A stretch of 64,000 bases of DNA from an uncultured virus (IMG/VR IMGVR_UViG_2775507110_000002) (taxonomy: Duplodnaviria; Heunggongvirae; Uroviricota; Caudoviricetes): the IMG/VR virus record IMGVR_UViG_2775507110_000002; one strand, given 5' to 3'. This document shows, one piece after another, positions 27,122 to 36,589 of this stretch. Under the pieces are notes generated by a model. That model did not search any database. It worked only from the letters and a program-made list of their open reading frames with translations, and had not been told where the DNA came from. Position 1 is the stretch's first letter. Each line of letters opens with the position of its first letter. The translations under genes and the position numbers were made by a program.

Positions 27122-28693
27122 GTGACCACCACCCCGGCCCCGCAGCCGCCCACCAGCCCCCACGGCCGGACCCTGCCCAACGCCGGGGACACCGCGCCCA
27201 ACGACGAGCGGGCCATGAAGGCCATCATCTGGACCGCCGTCATCTGCGCCCTCATCCTCGCCGCGATCGGCTTCGTCGGCTCCTACACCGCAGTACGCAA
27301 GCTCGCCGAGGACAAGAACTTCGGCAGCTTCTCCCACGCCTTCCCCATCGGCATCGACGCCGGAATCATCGTCTTCCTCGCCCTCGACCTCATCCTCTGC
27401 CACAAGCGGATGCCCCTCCCCCCGCTCCGCTGGGTCGCCTGGGCACTCACCGCCGCCACCGTCTTCTACAACGCCTCCGCCGGCGACAAGGGCATCACCG
27501 AAGACCCCCTCGCCGCCGCCATGCACGCCACCATCCCCATCCTCTTCATCGGCTCCGCCGAAGCCGCCCGCCACTACATCGCCCGCCTCGCCCAGATCAC
27601 CGCCGACAAGCACATCGACGGCGTCCCCCTCACCCGCTGGATCGTCGCCCCCCTCAGCTCCCTCCGCATCTGGCGCCGCATGCGCCTGTGGAACATCCGC
27701 TCCTACGAGACCGTCATCAAGCTCGAGCAGGAAGTCCGCATCTACCGGGCCCAGCTCAAGAAGGAGCACGGCCGCCTCTGGAGGTGGAAGGCCGGCGCCG
27801 ACCAGATCCTCGTCCTCGAGCTGGCCGCCTCCGGCATGAGCGTCGCCGACGCCATCGACCTCCCGGCCCGCGAAGAAGCCAAGCGGCGCGACGAGGAGGC
27901 CCGCATTGCGCTGGACAAGGAGCAGGCAGAGGACAACCGGCGCCGCAAGGATCTGGACTACCAGAGGGAGCAGCAGCGCCTGGACGAGGAACGGCAGCAC
28001 CAGGAGGAGGCCCGTCGGGCCGAGAGTGAGCGCCAGGCACTCGAGCTGGAGAACGATCGCCAAGCCGCAGCCCGCCAACGGCAGATCGCCGAAGCCGAGG
28101 CCCGCGCCCGCCTTGCTGACATTGCCCGGCGTGAGCAGGAAGTCCAGGAAGAGACGGCACGCCGACGGCGCCAAGAGGAGATCGAGCACGCACGTCACCT
28201 GGCAGTCGAACAGGGCAAGGCCGCCCAGGCTGCCAAGGCCCGACAGGAGGCAGAGCACGCCGCTCGCCTGGAAGCCGAGCGGAAGCTGGATGCCAGCCGC
28301 CGCGCTGCCGAGGTAATGCAGCGAGCTGCCAGTGCCACTGCCAGCCAGACGTCTGCCAATGCCAATCGGCCACCCGCCAGCGGCACCCCCTCTGCCAGTG
28401 CCAACAGCGCTGCCGTACCCGCCAGCCCTGCCAGTGCCACAACGCCTGCCACCACCCCTGAACCTGCCAATGCCAGTACCAGCCAGACCGCTGCCAGCAG
28501 TGCCAGCGCCGTTGACATCGCCCAGGTCGTCGACGTCTACCAGCTGCTTGAGCAGCAGGACGGCAAGCCGCCGTCCGACGCCAAGCTCGGCACCGCCCTC
28601 GGCGTCTCCCGCTCCCGCGCCCAGCAGCTTCGCACCCTGGCTGTCGAGGCTGGCAACACCCAGCTGGCAAAGCCCGTACGCCTCGCCTCATGA
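27122..28693 (+). CDS. DUF2637 / SpdB2-like membrane spread protein with coiled coil and C-terminal HTH
   Basis: IGFVGSY...FPIGIDAGI four-TM region, long coiled coil, PSDAKLGTALGVSRSRAQQLR. Confidence 0.85.
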   Translation: MTTTPAPQPPTSPHGRTLPNAGDTAPNDERAMKAIIWTAVICALILAAIGFVGSYTAVRKLAEDKNFGSFSHAFPIGIDAGIIVFLALDLILCHKRMPLPPLRWVAWALTAATVFYNASAGDKGITEDPLAAAMHATIPILFIGSAEAARHYIARLAQITADKHIDGVPLTRWIVAPLSSLRIWRRMRLWNIRSYETVIKLEQEVRIYRAQLKKEHGRLWRWKAGADQILVLELAASGMSVADAIDLPAREEAKRRDEEARIALDKEQAEDNRRRKDLDYQREQQRLDEERQHQEEARRAESERQALELENDRQAAARQRQIAEAEARARLADIARREQEVQEETARRRRQEEIEHARHLAVEQGKAAQAAKARQEAEHAARLEAERKLDASRRAAEVMQRAASATASQTSANANRPPASGTPSASANSAAVPASPASATTPATTPEPANASTSQTAASSASAVDIAQVVDVYQLLEQQDGKPPSDAKLGTALGVSRSRAQQLRTLAVEAGNTQLAKPVRLAS

Positions 28694-28925
28694 CTGCCAC
28701 CTGCCACCCCGAACTGCCAGCGAAGGGCAACACCGTGAACAACCTCTGCGCCGTCACCAACTGCCTGGCAGCGCCTGCCACCAGCCAGCCCATTCCGCTG
28801 TGCACTCCCCACGGAGTGGAGACCGCGCTGGCAGTTCTGCCACTGGCACTCGCAGGAACGCTGGCAAGTTTCGAGGGTGCCACTGGCAGTGACCTGGCAG
28901 ACCTGCAGGGGCGCGTTGGCAGGCG
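28199..28925. repeat. Dense TGCCA/TGGCA array inside coding sequence
   Basis: About 30 copies by eye, including TGCCACTGGCA twice. Confidence 0.8.
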
Positions 28926-29106
28926 CTGGCGCCAAGGCCAGATCGACGCGGTTCTCTCCTGGATCAGGGAAGCGGGCGACCCGCGAGCGGTGTCCCTTGA
29001 GGACGTCATGGACCGGCTCAGCCTGAAGCAGACCACCGCCTACGACCGCCTCAAGACCGCCCAGGACCTGTACGCCGCCCGGGACCTGAAGTCCCAGACC
29101 GCCTGA
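28735..29106 (+). CDS. Small protein with C-terminal HTH
   Basis: CAVTNC...LCTPH; SLEDVMDRLSLKQTTAYDRLK; alternative start 28690. Confidence 0.7.
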   Translation: MNNLCAVTNCLAAPATSQPIPLCTPHGVETALAVLPLALAGTLASFEGATGSDLADLQGRVGRRWRQGQIDAVLSWIREAGDPRAVSLEDVMDRLSLKQTTAYDRLKTAQDLYAARDLKSQTA

Positions 29107-29279
29107 TCGGAGACCCGGCATGAACACCGCACTCACCGCACCCCAGGCCACCGGACTTGAAGCGCGCCAAGCGGGCGGCCCCGACCTGGACATGAACGAG
29201 GTCGCCGCGGAGCTCTACGCAGCCCTCCAGCACATCGAGAGCCTCAGCCCCAACCACCCCGATCCGTAACCGTCCGTGC

Positions 29280-29432
29280 TTGTTGTTGGGGGTGTTGTTG
29301 CCCACCGTGAGAACGGTCGATCACAGGGGCTGCGCCACCACGTACCCCCTGTGATCAGCAGCAACACCGCTAACAACAAGGCAACAACACCCCGCACAAC
29401 AACACGCCAACAACAGGCACAACAACAAGAAA
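29280..29432. repeat. CAACAACA repeat array, candidate clt or operator
   Basis: Two TGTTGTTG copies facing five to six (C)AACAACA-like copies about 10-14 bp apart. Confidence 0.75.
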
Positions 29433-29475
29433 AACCACCGAGAGTGACACCCCGGCAGACCACCAAGGACCCCCC

Positions 29476-31215
29476 GTGAGCATCGACACCAGCTTCACCC
29501 TCCAGCCCACCGACACCAACATCACCCCGCAGACCCCCGATGCCCCACAGTCCGCGGAGCCCGTCACCCCCGCCCCGAAACCCGCCCCCGCCGTACAGCA
29601 CGCCGACGGCGGCCTCCCCGCGATCCCGCTCCTCGTCATCACCGGCAACACCGCGGCCGCCGGCCTGTCTGCCGCTGCGGTCGCAGGCGGACCGCTGGCC
29701 GCAGCAGGTGTCGCAGCCGCAGGGATCGTCACCGTGGCCGCAGCAGCTGCCAGCGCCCGCCGCAAAACGCAGAAGCCGGCCCGACGAGCCCAGGTGAAGC
29801 CCGCACCGAAGAAGACACCGCCCCGGCAGAACACCCCGACCCGCACCCCCGCCGCAGGCGCCGCCCGGACCAGTAGCAGCCGGCCGGGTGCTACCCGCAC
29901 CGGCTCCGGTACCCGCTCCCTCGGCGGAGGCCGCAGCAGCACCCGGCACTCCTCAGGCGCTTCTGCCGGGAAAGCAACGGCGGGCAAGGGGGCGGCCGCA
30001 CCGAAGAAGACGACCGGCCCCTCCCTCCCGAAGACGGCTCCAGCCGGTGCCAGCCTCAAGCCCACCAGCCTCCGCAAGCCGAACAACGGCAAGACCGCGG
30101 GCAAGACATCCGAAGGGAAGGGTGCCGCCAGCAAGACCACACCGGCCCCCACCGCCCCGAAGAGCCGCATCGGACAGATCAAGAACCTCCGCAACGCGAA
30201 GAAGACCGAGGGCAAATCCCGCAGGGAGCAGCGGGAGCAGAACACGGCCAACCGCCGGGCACTCAAGGACGGGCGCCGCGGCGAGAAGAAGGCCCTGAAG
30301 AACCTGAAGAAGCAGAACAAGGCCGACACCAAGGGGGTGTCGCCCGCGAAGCACGGCAAGGCCGGTGTCACCGCTTCCCTGGCGAAGGCCGCCGGGAAGA
30401 AGACCGACGCCGCCCGGAACAAGATGCGCGCCCACAAGGACGGACAGGCCGTGACCCGCGGCGAGCGCATCCGCCAGGGCCGCCGCAACGCCACCGCCCG
30501 CGCCGCCCTGACCCGCAAAGTTGCAGCGTCCCAGGCCCGCTACGCCACCAAAGCCGCCGGTGCCGCCATCCTGTCCGCCCCCGCCGCCCTCCTCGGCTGC
30601 CTCACCACCCCGCTCGGCCGGAAGCTCGGCTGGTCCTGGCTCATGTACCCCGGCCGGCGCATGTACCGGCGCCTCACCGCGAACGCCAAGCACAACCACC
30701 AGGCCCGCGTCGCCGACGCGAAGAACACCCACGCCCACACCACCGACCCGGCCTCACCCGAAATCGACCAGACCATCGCCGACGGAGTCCCCCGCGGACC
30801 CCGACAGAACCAGCACACCGCAACCCTGGGAGAACCCGTCATGACCGCCGAGCTCAGGTTCCACTTCGACGAGTCCGCAGCAGACATGGAAGCCGCCGCC
30901 ACCGCGTACGAACCCGGCGGAATGATCCACGTCTACCAGACCATCCAGGGCATGCCCGCCGGTATCCAGTCCTGGGCGAACACCTTCAAGATCCTCGCCG
31001 AGAAGAGTGACGAAAGCTTCCCCCTCGAAGCGGAGGTCGGCGAAGCGCTCACCGAAGTCTTCGAACTCCTCCAGAAGGCCGCCACAGCAGCCGAGGACGT
31101 CCAGAAGGTATTCGAGACGAAGCACGAGCAGGACCTCGAGCGCCTCCAGTCGCCCCGCAAGAGCCTCGAAGCGGAGAAGGCCTGGGACGTCGGCTCCAAC
31201 GAAGACCTCCTCTAA
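29476..31215 (+). CDS. TraA-like transfer protein
   Basis: Hydrophobic N-terminus, Lys/Arg-rich middle, acidic helical C-terminal domain ending AWDV; directly upstream of TraB. Confidence 0.65.
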   Translation: MSIDTSFTLQPTDTNITPQTPDAPQSAEPVTPAPKPAPAVQHADGGLPAIPLLVITGNTAAAGLSAAAVAGGPLAAAGVAAAGIVTVAAAAASARRKTQKPARRAQVKPAPKKTPPRQNTPTRTPAAGAARTSSSRPGATRTGSGTRSLGGGRSSTRHSSGASAGKATAGKGAAAPKKTTGPSLPKTAPAGASLKPTSLRKPNNGKTAGKTSEGKGAASKTTPAPTAPKSRIGQIKNLRNAKKTEGKSRREQREQNTANRRALKDGRRGEKKALKNLKKQNKADTKGVSPAKHGKAGVTASLAKAAGKKTDAARNKMRAHKDGQAVTRGERIRQGRRNATARAALTRKVAASQARYATKAAGAAILSAPAALLGCLTTPLGRKLGWSWLMYPGRRMYRRLTANAKHNHQARVADAKNTHAHTTDPASPEIDQTIADGVPRGPRQNQHTATLGEPVMTAELRFHFDESAADMEAAATAYEPGGMIHVYQTIQGMPAGIQSWANTFKILAEKSDESFPLEAEVGEALTEVFELLQKAATAAEDVQKVFETKHEQDLERLQSPRKSLEAEKAWDVGSNEDLL

Positions 31216-31291
31216 CCCCACCCCCGGGGCGGATACCCCCACCGGTCTCCGCCCCACCCCACCCCGCACCGGCACCCCTTAAGGACCCGAC

Positions 31292-33757
31292 ATGGCCGAG
31301 CCCCAGCGCCTCTACCTCACGAACACCCCACCGCCCGCCGACACCACCAAGACCCCGAGAAAGAACACCAAGAACCAGTCCCGGCTACCCCCGCTCGACT
31401 GGGCCGCCTCACACGGGCCCATCACCGGCGCCGTCTCCGCGACAACCGGCGCTGCCGCCGTAGCCCTCCTCGGCACCGCCACCGGCATGCCCGACACCCT
31501 GCCCCTCCTCATCGGCGCAACAGGAGCCATCGGCCACGGCATCGGCCACAGCGTCTTTCGTCGCCTCACCGCCCGCACCGGCGTCACCCGCGCCGCATCC
31601 TGGCTCCTCGCCGGCGGCTGGACCACCTGGGCCATGACCACCGGCCCCCTCACCTGGGCAGCCGCAGGAACCCTCACCGGCATCGGCGTCGGCATCGGAG
31701 CCATGGCCTCCAACGCCGCCATGCACGAAGAAGTCGCCGAAGACGAACGCCTCACCGCCGAAGCCCGCCAGCTCGCCCAGGAACTCGACGCCGGCCGCCG
31801 CGCCATCGCCAACGAATGGCACGACCGACTCCTGCGCGTCACCCGCCTCGACGTCAAAATCTTCGCCGTCGAGCAGTGGAAGAACGGAGCCGGATACTCC
31901 ATCGCCGGAGAACTCCCCGGCGCCGCCGTCTGGACCACCATCCGCGACAAGCACCGCGCACTGGCCGCAGACGCCCGCCTGCCCCGCGGCTGCACCATCC
32001 ACGTCGAAGAAGGCGACATCCAAGGCCGCGTCGTCATCGACGTCACCACCGTCAACATCATGGGCGACATCGTCGACTACCCCACCGACTACACCCCCCT
32101 CTCCATCCTCACCGGCATCCCCTGGGGCTCCCAGCCCAACTCCCAGCCCGTCACCGTCTACCTCCGCGAAGCATGCGCCCTCGTCCTCGGCCCGCCCGGA
32201 TCCGGCAAGTCCACCTTCCTCGACGGGATCATCGCCGGGTTCGCCCGCTGCGTAGACGTCGTCACCTGGGTCATCGACCTCAAGGCCGGAGCCGTCGGCC
32301 GCCCCTGGGCCCGCCCGTGGCTCGAAGCAGCAGGACACATGAAGCCGACCCCGGGTACCGACCGCGCCCCCGAAGGAACCCGCCCCGGAGTCGACTGGAT
32401 CGCCTCCACCCCCGCCGAAGCACTCCTCATGATGCGCGTCGTCCTCGCGATCAACGCCGCCCGCCAGCACCACTACCAAGACCTCATGGACGCGGCGAAC
32501 ACCACGCTCCTGCCCGTCTCCCGCACCATCCCGCAAATCGAAGTCGTCATCGACGAAGGCGCCGAACTCCTGTCCGCCGCCACCCACGGCGACCCCGTCA
32601 TGAAGGAACTCCAGGCCGCCGTCAAGAAGACGATGCGCACCACCCGCGCCATGGCCGAACGCCTCGTCCTCACCGCAATCGACGGAAACGTATCCGCGAT
32701 CGGCAACACCGAAGTCCGCAAGTTCTCCCCGGTCGGCGCAGCCCTCACCTCCGGCGAATCCGTCACCAGCAACATCAGCAAGCTGTTCTCCAGCGTCCGC
32801 GTCGACACCAGCCAGCTCAACGAGAAGGGCGCCGGCGTCATCGGCCAGGCCGGAGCCGACGGCTTCGAACCCACCCCGTTCAAGACGTGGCGCACCAGCC
32901 CCAACATGGTCCGCGACGTCGTCCTCGCCACCAACGACACCCGCCCCCACCTCGACCAGGCCTCCGCCACCGCGGGCGGCAACATCTACGCCCAGCGCTG
33001 GACCCCCGAGCGCGCAGGATGGCTCTGGGGGGCACCCGAGTACACCGACCCCGACCCCGGCACCGCCCCTGCCCTCCCCGCCCAGACCGGCACCCAGCAG
33101 CCGCAAACCCCCCGCAGCAACCGCCCCGCACAGAACACCGGCGGGGGCCTCAACCTCTCCTACAAGCGGCGCCAGCAGCCCCTTCCCGCAGAAGACCCCG
33201 ACCAGCTCGCAGCCCGCCTCATGGAACAGATCGACCAGGAGTACGGCACCACCGACGAGCCCAGCACCAGCGGCCTCAACCTCTCCTACAAGCGAACCCA
33301 GCCCGAAGACCGCACCGACCCCCGCCTCACCTTCGCCCGCAACCTCATCCGTGCCGCCGGACCTGACGGGCTTGACACCCGCGACCTGTGGCCCGCCCTC
33401 GCCCAGGAGTTCGGCCCCGAAGGCTGGGACCGCACCGTCGTCACGAACTGGCTGAGCAAGGACGTCACCGCAGGGCGCCTCCACCGCAAGGCCAAGGGCA
33501 TCTACGGCCACGGCCCCCAGCCCGACGACGCCGACGATCACGGAACGGCAGAGGAAACAGAGCTGACCGAGCTCCTCCCGACTGCCGTCGACCTGGTCGT
33601 CACCAAACAGCGGGCATCCGCCCAGTTCCTGCAGCGCAACCTCCGCATCGGCTGGGACCTCGCCAACACACTCCTCGGCGCCCTCGAAGCCCAGGGCGTC
33701 ATCGGCACCCCACAGGAAGACGGATCCCACCCCGTCCTCCGGCAGCCCGACAACTGA
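31292..33757 (+). CDS. traB: TraB-like FtsK/SpoIIIE conjugative DNA translocase
   Basis: N-terminal TMs, Walker A GPPGSGKS, IDLK, Walker B VVIDEGAE, C-terminal wHTH and FtsK-gamma domain. Confidence 0.88.
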   Translation: MAEPQRLYLTNTPPPADTTKTPRKNTKNQSRLPPLDWAASHGPITGAVSATTGAAAVALLGTATGMPDTLPLLIGATGAIGHGIGHSVFRRLTARTGVTRAASWLLAGGWTTWAMTTGPLTWAAAGTLTGIGVGIGAMASNAAMHEEVAEDERLTAEARQLAQELDAGRRAIANEWHDRLLRVTRLDVKIFAVEQWKNGAGYSIAGELPGAAVWTTIRDKHRALAADARLPRGCTIHVEEGDIQGRVVIDVTTVNIMGDIVDYPTDYTPLSILTGIPWGSQPNSQPVTVYLREACALVLGPPGSGKSTFLDGIIAGFARCVDVVTWVIDLKAGAVGRPWARPWLEAAGHMKPTPGTDRAPEGTRPGVDWIASTPAEALLMMRVVLAINAARQHHYQDLMDAANTTLLPVSRTIPQIEVVIDEGAELLSAATHGDPVMKELQAAVKKTMRTTRAMAERLVLTAIDGNVSAIGNTEVRKFSPVGAALTSGESVTSNISKLFSSVRVDTSQLNEKGAGVIGQAGADGFEPTPFKTWRTSPNMVRDVVLATNDTRPHLDQASATAGGNIYAQRWTPERAGWLWGAPEYTDPDPGTAPALPAQTGTQQPQTPRSNRPAQNTGGGLNLSYKRRQQPLPAEDPDQLAARLMEQIDQEYGTTDEPSTSGLNLSYKRTQPEDRTDPRLTFARNLIRAAGPDGLDTRDLWPALAQEFGPEGWDRTVVTNWLSKDVTAGRLHRKAKGIYGHGPQPDDADDHGTAEETELTELLPTAVDLVVTKQRASAQFLQRNLRIGWDLANTLLGALEAQGVIGTPQEDGSHPVLRQPDN

Positions 33758-33824
33758 CCACCCCGGCCGCCCGCCACCCCGGCGGGCGGCCCCGCCTCAA
33801 CCGCGACCCAGGAGATCCCCGCCC

Positions 33825-34316
33825 GTGAACCGCCTGCCCGACCCCCAGCAGCCCACCACCCAGGCCGGGCAGCCCCACATCGACGCCCAGGTCCAGCAGT
33901 TTCGCGCAGCCATCGACGACGCCACCCGCATCCCAACCTGCTACCGAGACCCCAGCGAGGTCCCCGCCATCGGAACCGCCCCGCCCGTACCGCAGCCCGG
34001 CCCGCCTCCGATGTCGCAGTGGGCCATCGACGCCAGCGGGGTCCTCAAAGGCGTCGGTGCCGTGTCCATCCCGATCGGGATTGCAGTGTGGGTCGTCGGC
34101 CAGGTTGACCCGCTGGCTCTCGGCATCATCTTCGGCTCGCCGGCCGTCGCCGCCCTCGCCGTGGCCCGCCTGGTGGCGAAGGTCAAGGACGCCAACCAGA
34201 ACGCGCCGCAGCCCGTCACCAACCACTTCCACGGCACCGTCCACCACGACGAACGCACCGTCACCAGCACCAACCGCGGGATCATCGCGAACACCCGCAA
34301 CCAGCTGCCCCGCTAA
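33825..34316 (+). CDS. SpdD / DUF6251-like membrane spread protein
   Basis: Pro-rich N-terminus, two TMs, TNHFHGTV; follows traB. Confidence 0.7.
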   Translation: MNRLPDPQQPTTQAGQPHIDAQVQQFRAAIDDATRIPTCYRDPSEVPAIGTAPPVPQPGPPPMSQWAIDASGVLKGVGAVSIPIGIAVWVVGQVDPLALGIIFGSPAVAALAVARLVAKVKDANQNAPQPVTNHFHGTVHHDERTVTSTNRGIIANTRNQLPR

Positions 34317-34870
34317 CCCGTGATCGTGCCGAGGAGCGGCAACCGGGGGAAGGGCAGCCCGGACAAACCCCCGATCGTGCGTCACGCTGGTCATGCACGG
34401 CCGGTCAGGGAGCCCCGGTGTCCCCGCGCCCACTCCCCGACCGGCCGGCCACACACCGCGCCGCCCGGCCCCCAGCCACCAGCGGCGCACCACGGCCCCC
34501 TCCAGACCCGAGGACTGGAGGGGGCCGCCGCACGTCCGGGACCAGGCCACCCGCAACAGGGCGCTGACACGCCGGGGTCGCCTGTGGCACTCGTCACACG
34601 GTCTTCTCTTCCTGGAGCGCTGACATCCCTCAGAATCCAGAGGAATCCCGAGACATCCCGAGAACTCTCCCCTCGCTCACTCAGAAGACCCACATCTGAG
34701 CCGCCCGCTCGGTTGAAGTTTGGCTCTGAAACGCAGAGTTGGCAGGCGGCCCCCGTAGAATCGTCAGCAACGCAAAAGGAGCCTCACCCCTCGACCCGGT
34801 TCCTACGCCATCGGTCGAAGTGCTGGCTCCTCAAGCGGTGTCCACCCATCGCCAGACAGAAGGACTCCAC

Positions 34871-35068
34871 GTGCAGAATAACGCAGAAAGACCTCCGCGT
34901 CCCCGCGCCACCCTGAACAGATGGCTCACCTCGACCACCGCTCACCTGCGGAAATGGGTCGCAGGGCCTGGACAGCGCGTTCAGTCCAGCTTCATGCACG
35001 GTGCGGCGACCAAGCTCGGCGAGTTCGCCACCACCGTCGTCATCGCCTGGCTGATCTACCGGCGCTAG
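34871..35068 (+). CDS. Small protein with C-terminal hydrophobic anchor
   Basis: GAAGGA RBS; ends TTVVIAWLIYRR. Confidence 0.6.
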   Translation: MQNNAERPPRPRATLNRWLTSTTAHLRKWVAGPGQRVQSSFMHGAATKLGEFATTVVIAWLIYRR

Positions 35069-35077
35069 CAACGCCAA

Positions 35078-35110
35078 GGAGGGCCCCACCAGCAACGGTG
35101 GGGCCCTCCT
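35078..35110. terminator. Hairpin terminator between convergent genes
   Basis: ggagggccccacc-agcaac-ggtggggccctcc. Confidence 0.7.
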
Positions 35111-35275
35111 CCATGTCCGGCGACCTGGCCTTCCTCAAGTTCGACCGGGTGGAACCGCGACCAAGCCGGTCCACGCGAACGGCGAGCACCAGATCGAGAA
35201 CATCCTCGAGCTGCGCGACATCGTCACCGCCGTGGAGAACCACAAGGTGATGCAGGCAGACCTGAAGATCCGGCC

Positions 35276-35938
35276 CTACTGCACCGGCTTCCACACTCCG
35301 CAGCCCCGCGCCGTGAACTGCCCATCCGACGCCCTGATCGTCACCGTGATGTCCTGGGCCGACGTCGCGAACCCGTTGTCGAGGATCTCCCCACCGCGCG
35401 ACGTGCGCTCCCAGTAGCAGTCCTCCAACGCCCCCACTACCCGGTACCGCCCTGGCGCGATCGCATCCACGTCCGACCCCGGCTTCCCCGTCACCCGGTA
35501 CGTGCCGTCCGAGTAGAAGCGCACCCCCGCACCCAGCACCTCGGTCACCGTCTTTGACCACTCCGGGCACAGCAACGGCACTCCCGCCTGCAACACCGCG
35601 GAGTGCTCCGCATCCGTCTCGTCCAGGGTCAGCCACTGAACCGCACCCGCCCCAGACTCCTCCTGGTTGGTCAGCGTCGCGCAGATGTCCGCCACATACG
35701 CCGAAGCCACCTCATCGGGCAGCCACCCCTCGGCCTCCGCCATGGCGTCGACCTTGTCCTCCGCGGTCAACGCCACCGGCGGAGGCTCAGGCGGTGTCAC
35801 CGAAGGGGACGGCGAAACCGACGGACTCGAGGACGCTTTCGCCCCGCCACCGTCGACGCCCCCGCCGGAGCACCCCGACATCAACACCACCGCAGCCAAC
35901 CCAGCCGCCACGGCCCCCACCCCACGCATCGCTCTCAT
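35276..35938 (-). CDS. Lipoprotein
   Basis: Signal peptide with LMSGC lipobox; DGTY.V...IAPGRY...CYWER. Confidence 0.8.
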   Translation of the reverse strand: MRAMRGVGAVAAGLAAVVLMSGCSGGGVDGGGAKASSSPSVSPSPSVTPPEPPPVALTAEDKVDAMAEAEGWLPDEVASAYVADICATLTNQEESGAGAVQWLTLDETDAEHSAVLQAGVPLLCPEWSKTVTEVLGAGVRFYSDGTYRVTGKPGSDVDAIAPGRYRVVGALEDCYWERTSRGGEILDNGFATSAQDITVTIRASDGQFTARGCGVWKPVQ

Positions 35939-36055
35939 GCGCCGCAGGATCCCAGCCCAACCAGGCAGGGGGAAGGAAAACCCCCACATCGGGGATCATC
36001 AGTAACAGGCGCGGGGCCTAACGAAGACCAACCACACAGCGGGAGCCCCACCGCC

Positions 36056-36589
36056 ATGACCCAAGGCCGACTTGTCGAAGCCGAGACCGCCGCCCGCCGC
36101 GCCAAGCTCCTCAAGCTGCGCCGGCAAGGCGTCCCGTACGACGACCCCCGCATCATGGACCTCGGCTACGCCAACACCGGAGCCGCCCGCAAAGACCTCA
36201 CGAGGGCTCTCCAGCACCACCACGAAGAAGAAGCCGCCGAGGCCAGCGTCTACCGGCAGCAGGAAAACGAGCGCCTCGACGCCCTCCTCGCCGCCGTCTG
36301 GGACAAGGCCACCACCCCCAGCCCCGTCTTCAACAAAGAACGCGAGATCGTCGCCCAGGAGATCGACCTCAAGGCCGTCGAAACCGTCCTCAAGCTCATG
36401 GACCGCCGCGCCAAACTCAACGGGCTCGACATGCCGCAGCGCACCGAACTCTCCGGACCCGACGGCGGCGCAGTCCCCTTCGGCACCGGCTCCCTCGATG
36501 AGCTGAACACCCTCATCGGCTTCGCCGGCCAGAACACCCCCACAGCAGGCTCTCCGGAGAAGGACACCGGTGGCGACGCCGACAGCTGA
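36056..36589 (+). CDS. Terminase small subunit
   Basis: HTH-like N-terminus, ERLD, RRAKLNGLD, ELSGPDGG; overlaps TerL. Confidence 0.8.
   Translation: MTQGRLVEAETAARRAKLLKLRRQGVPYDDPRIMDLGYANTGAARKDLTRALQHHHEEEAAEASVYRQQENERLDALLAAVWDKATTPSPVFNKEREIVAQEIDLKAVETVLKLMDRRAKLNGLDMPQRTELSGPDGGAVPFGTGSLDELNTLIGFAGQNTPTAGSPEKDTGGDADS

Noticed and set aside
31409..33730. Long antisense ORFs (also 26279..28258, 48399..50471, 58519..60471, 61458..63584)
   Set aside because: Shadow frames of well-supported genes in high-GC DNA, without motifs or RBS
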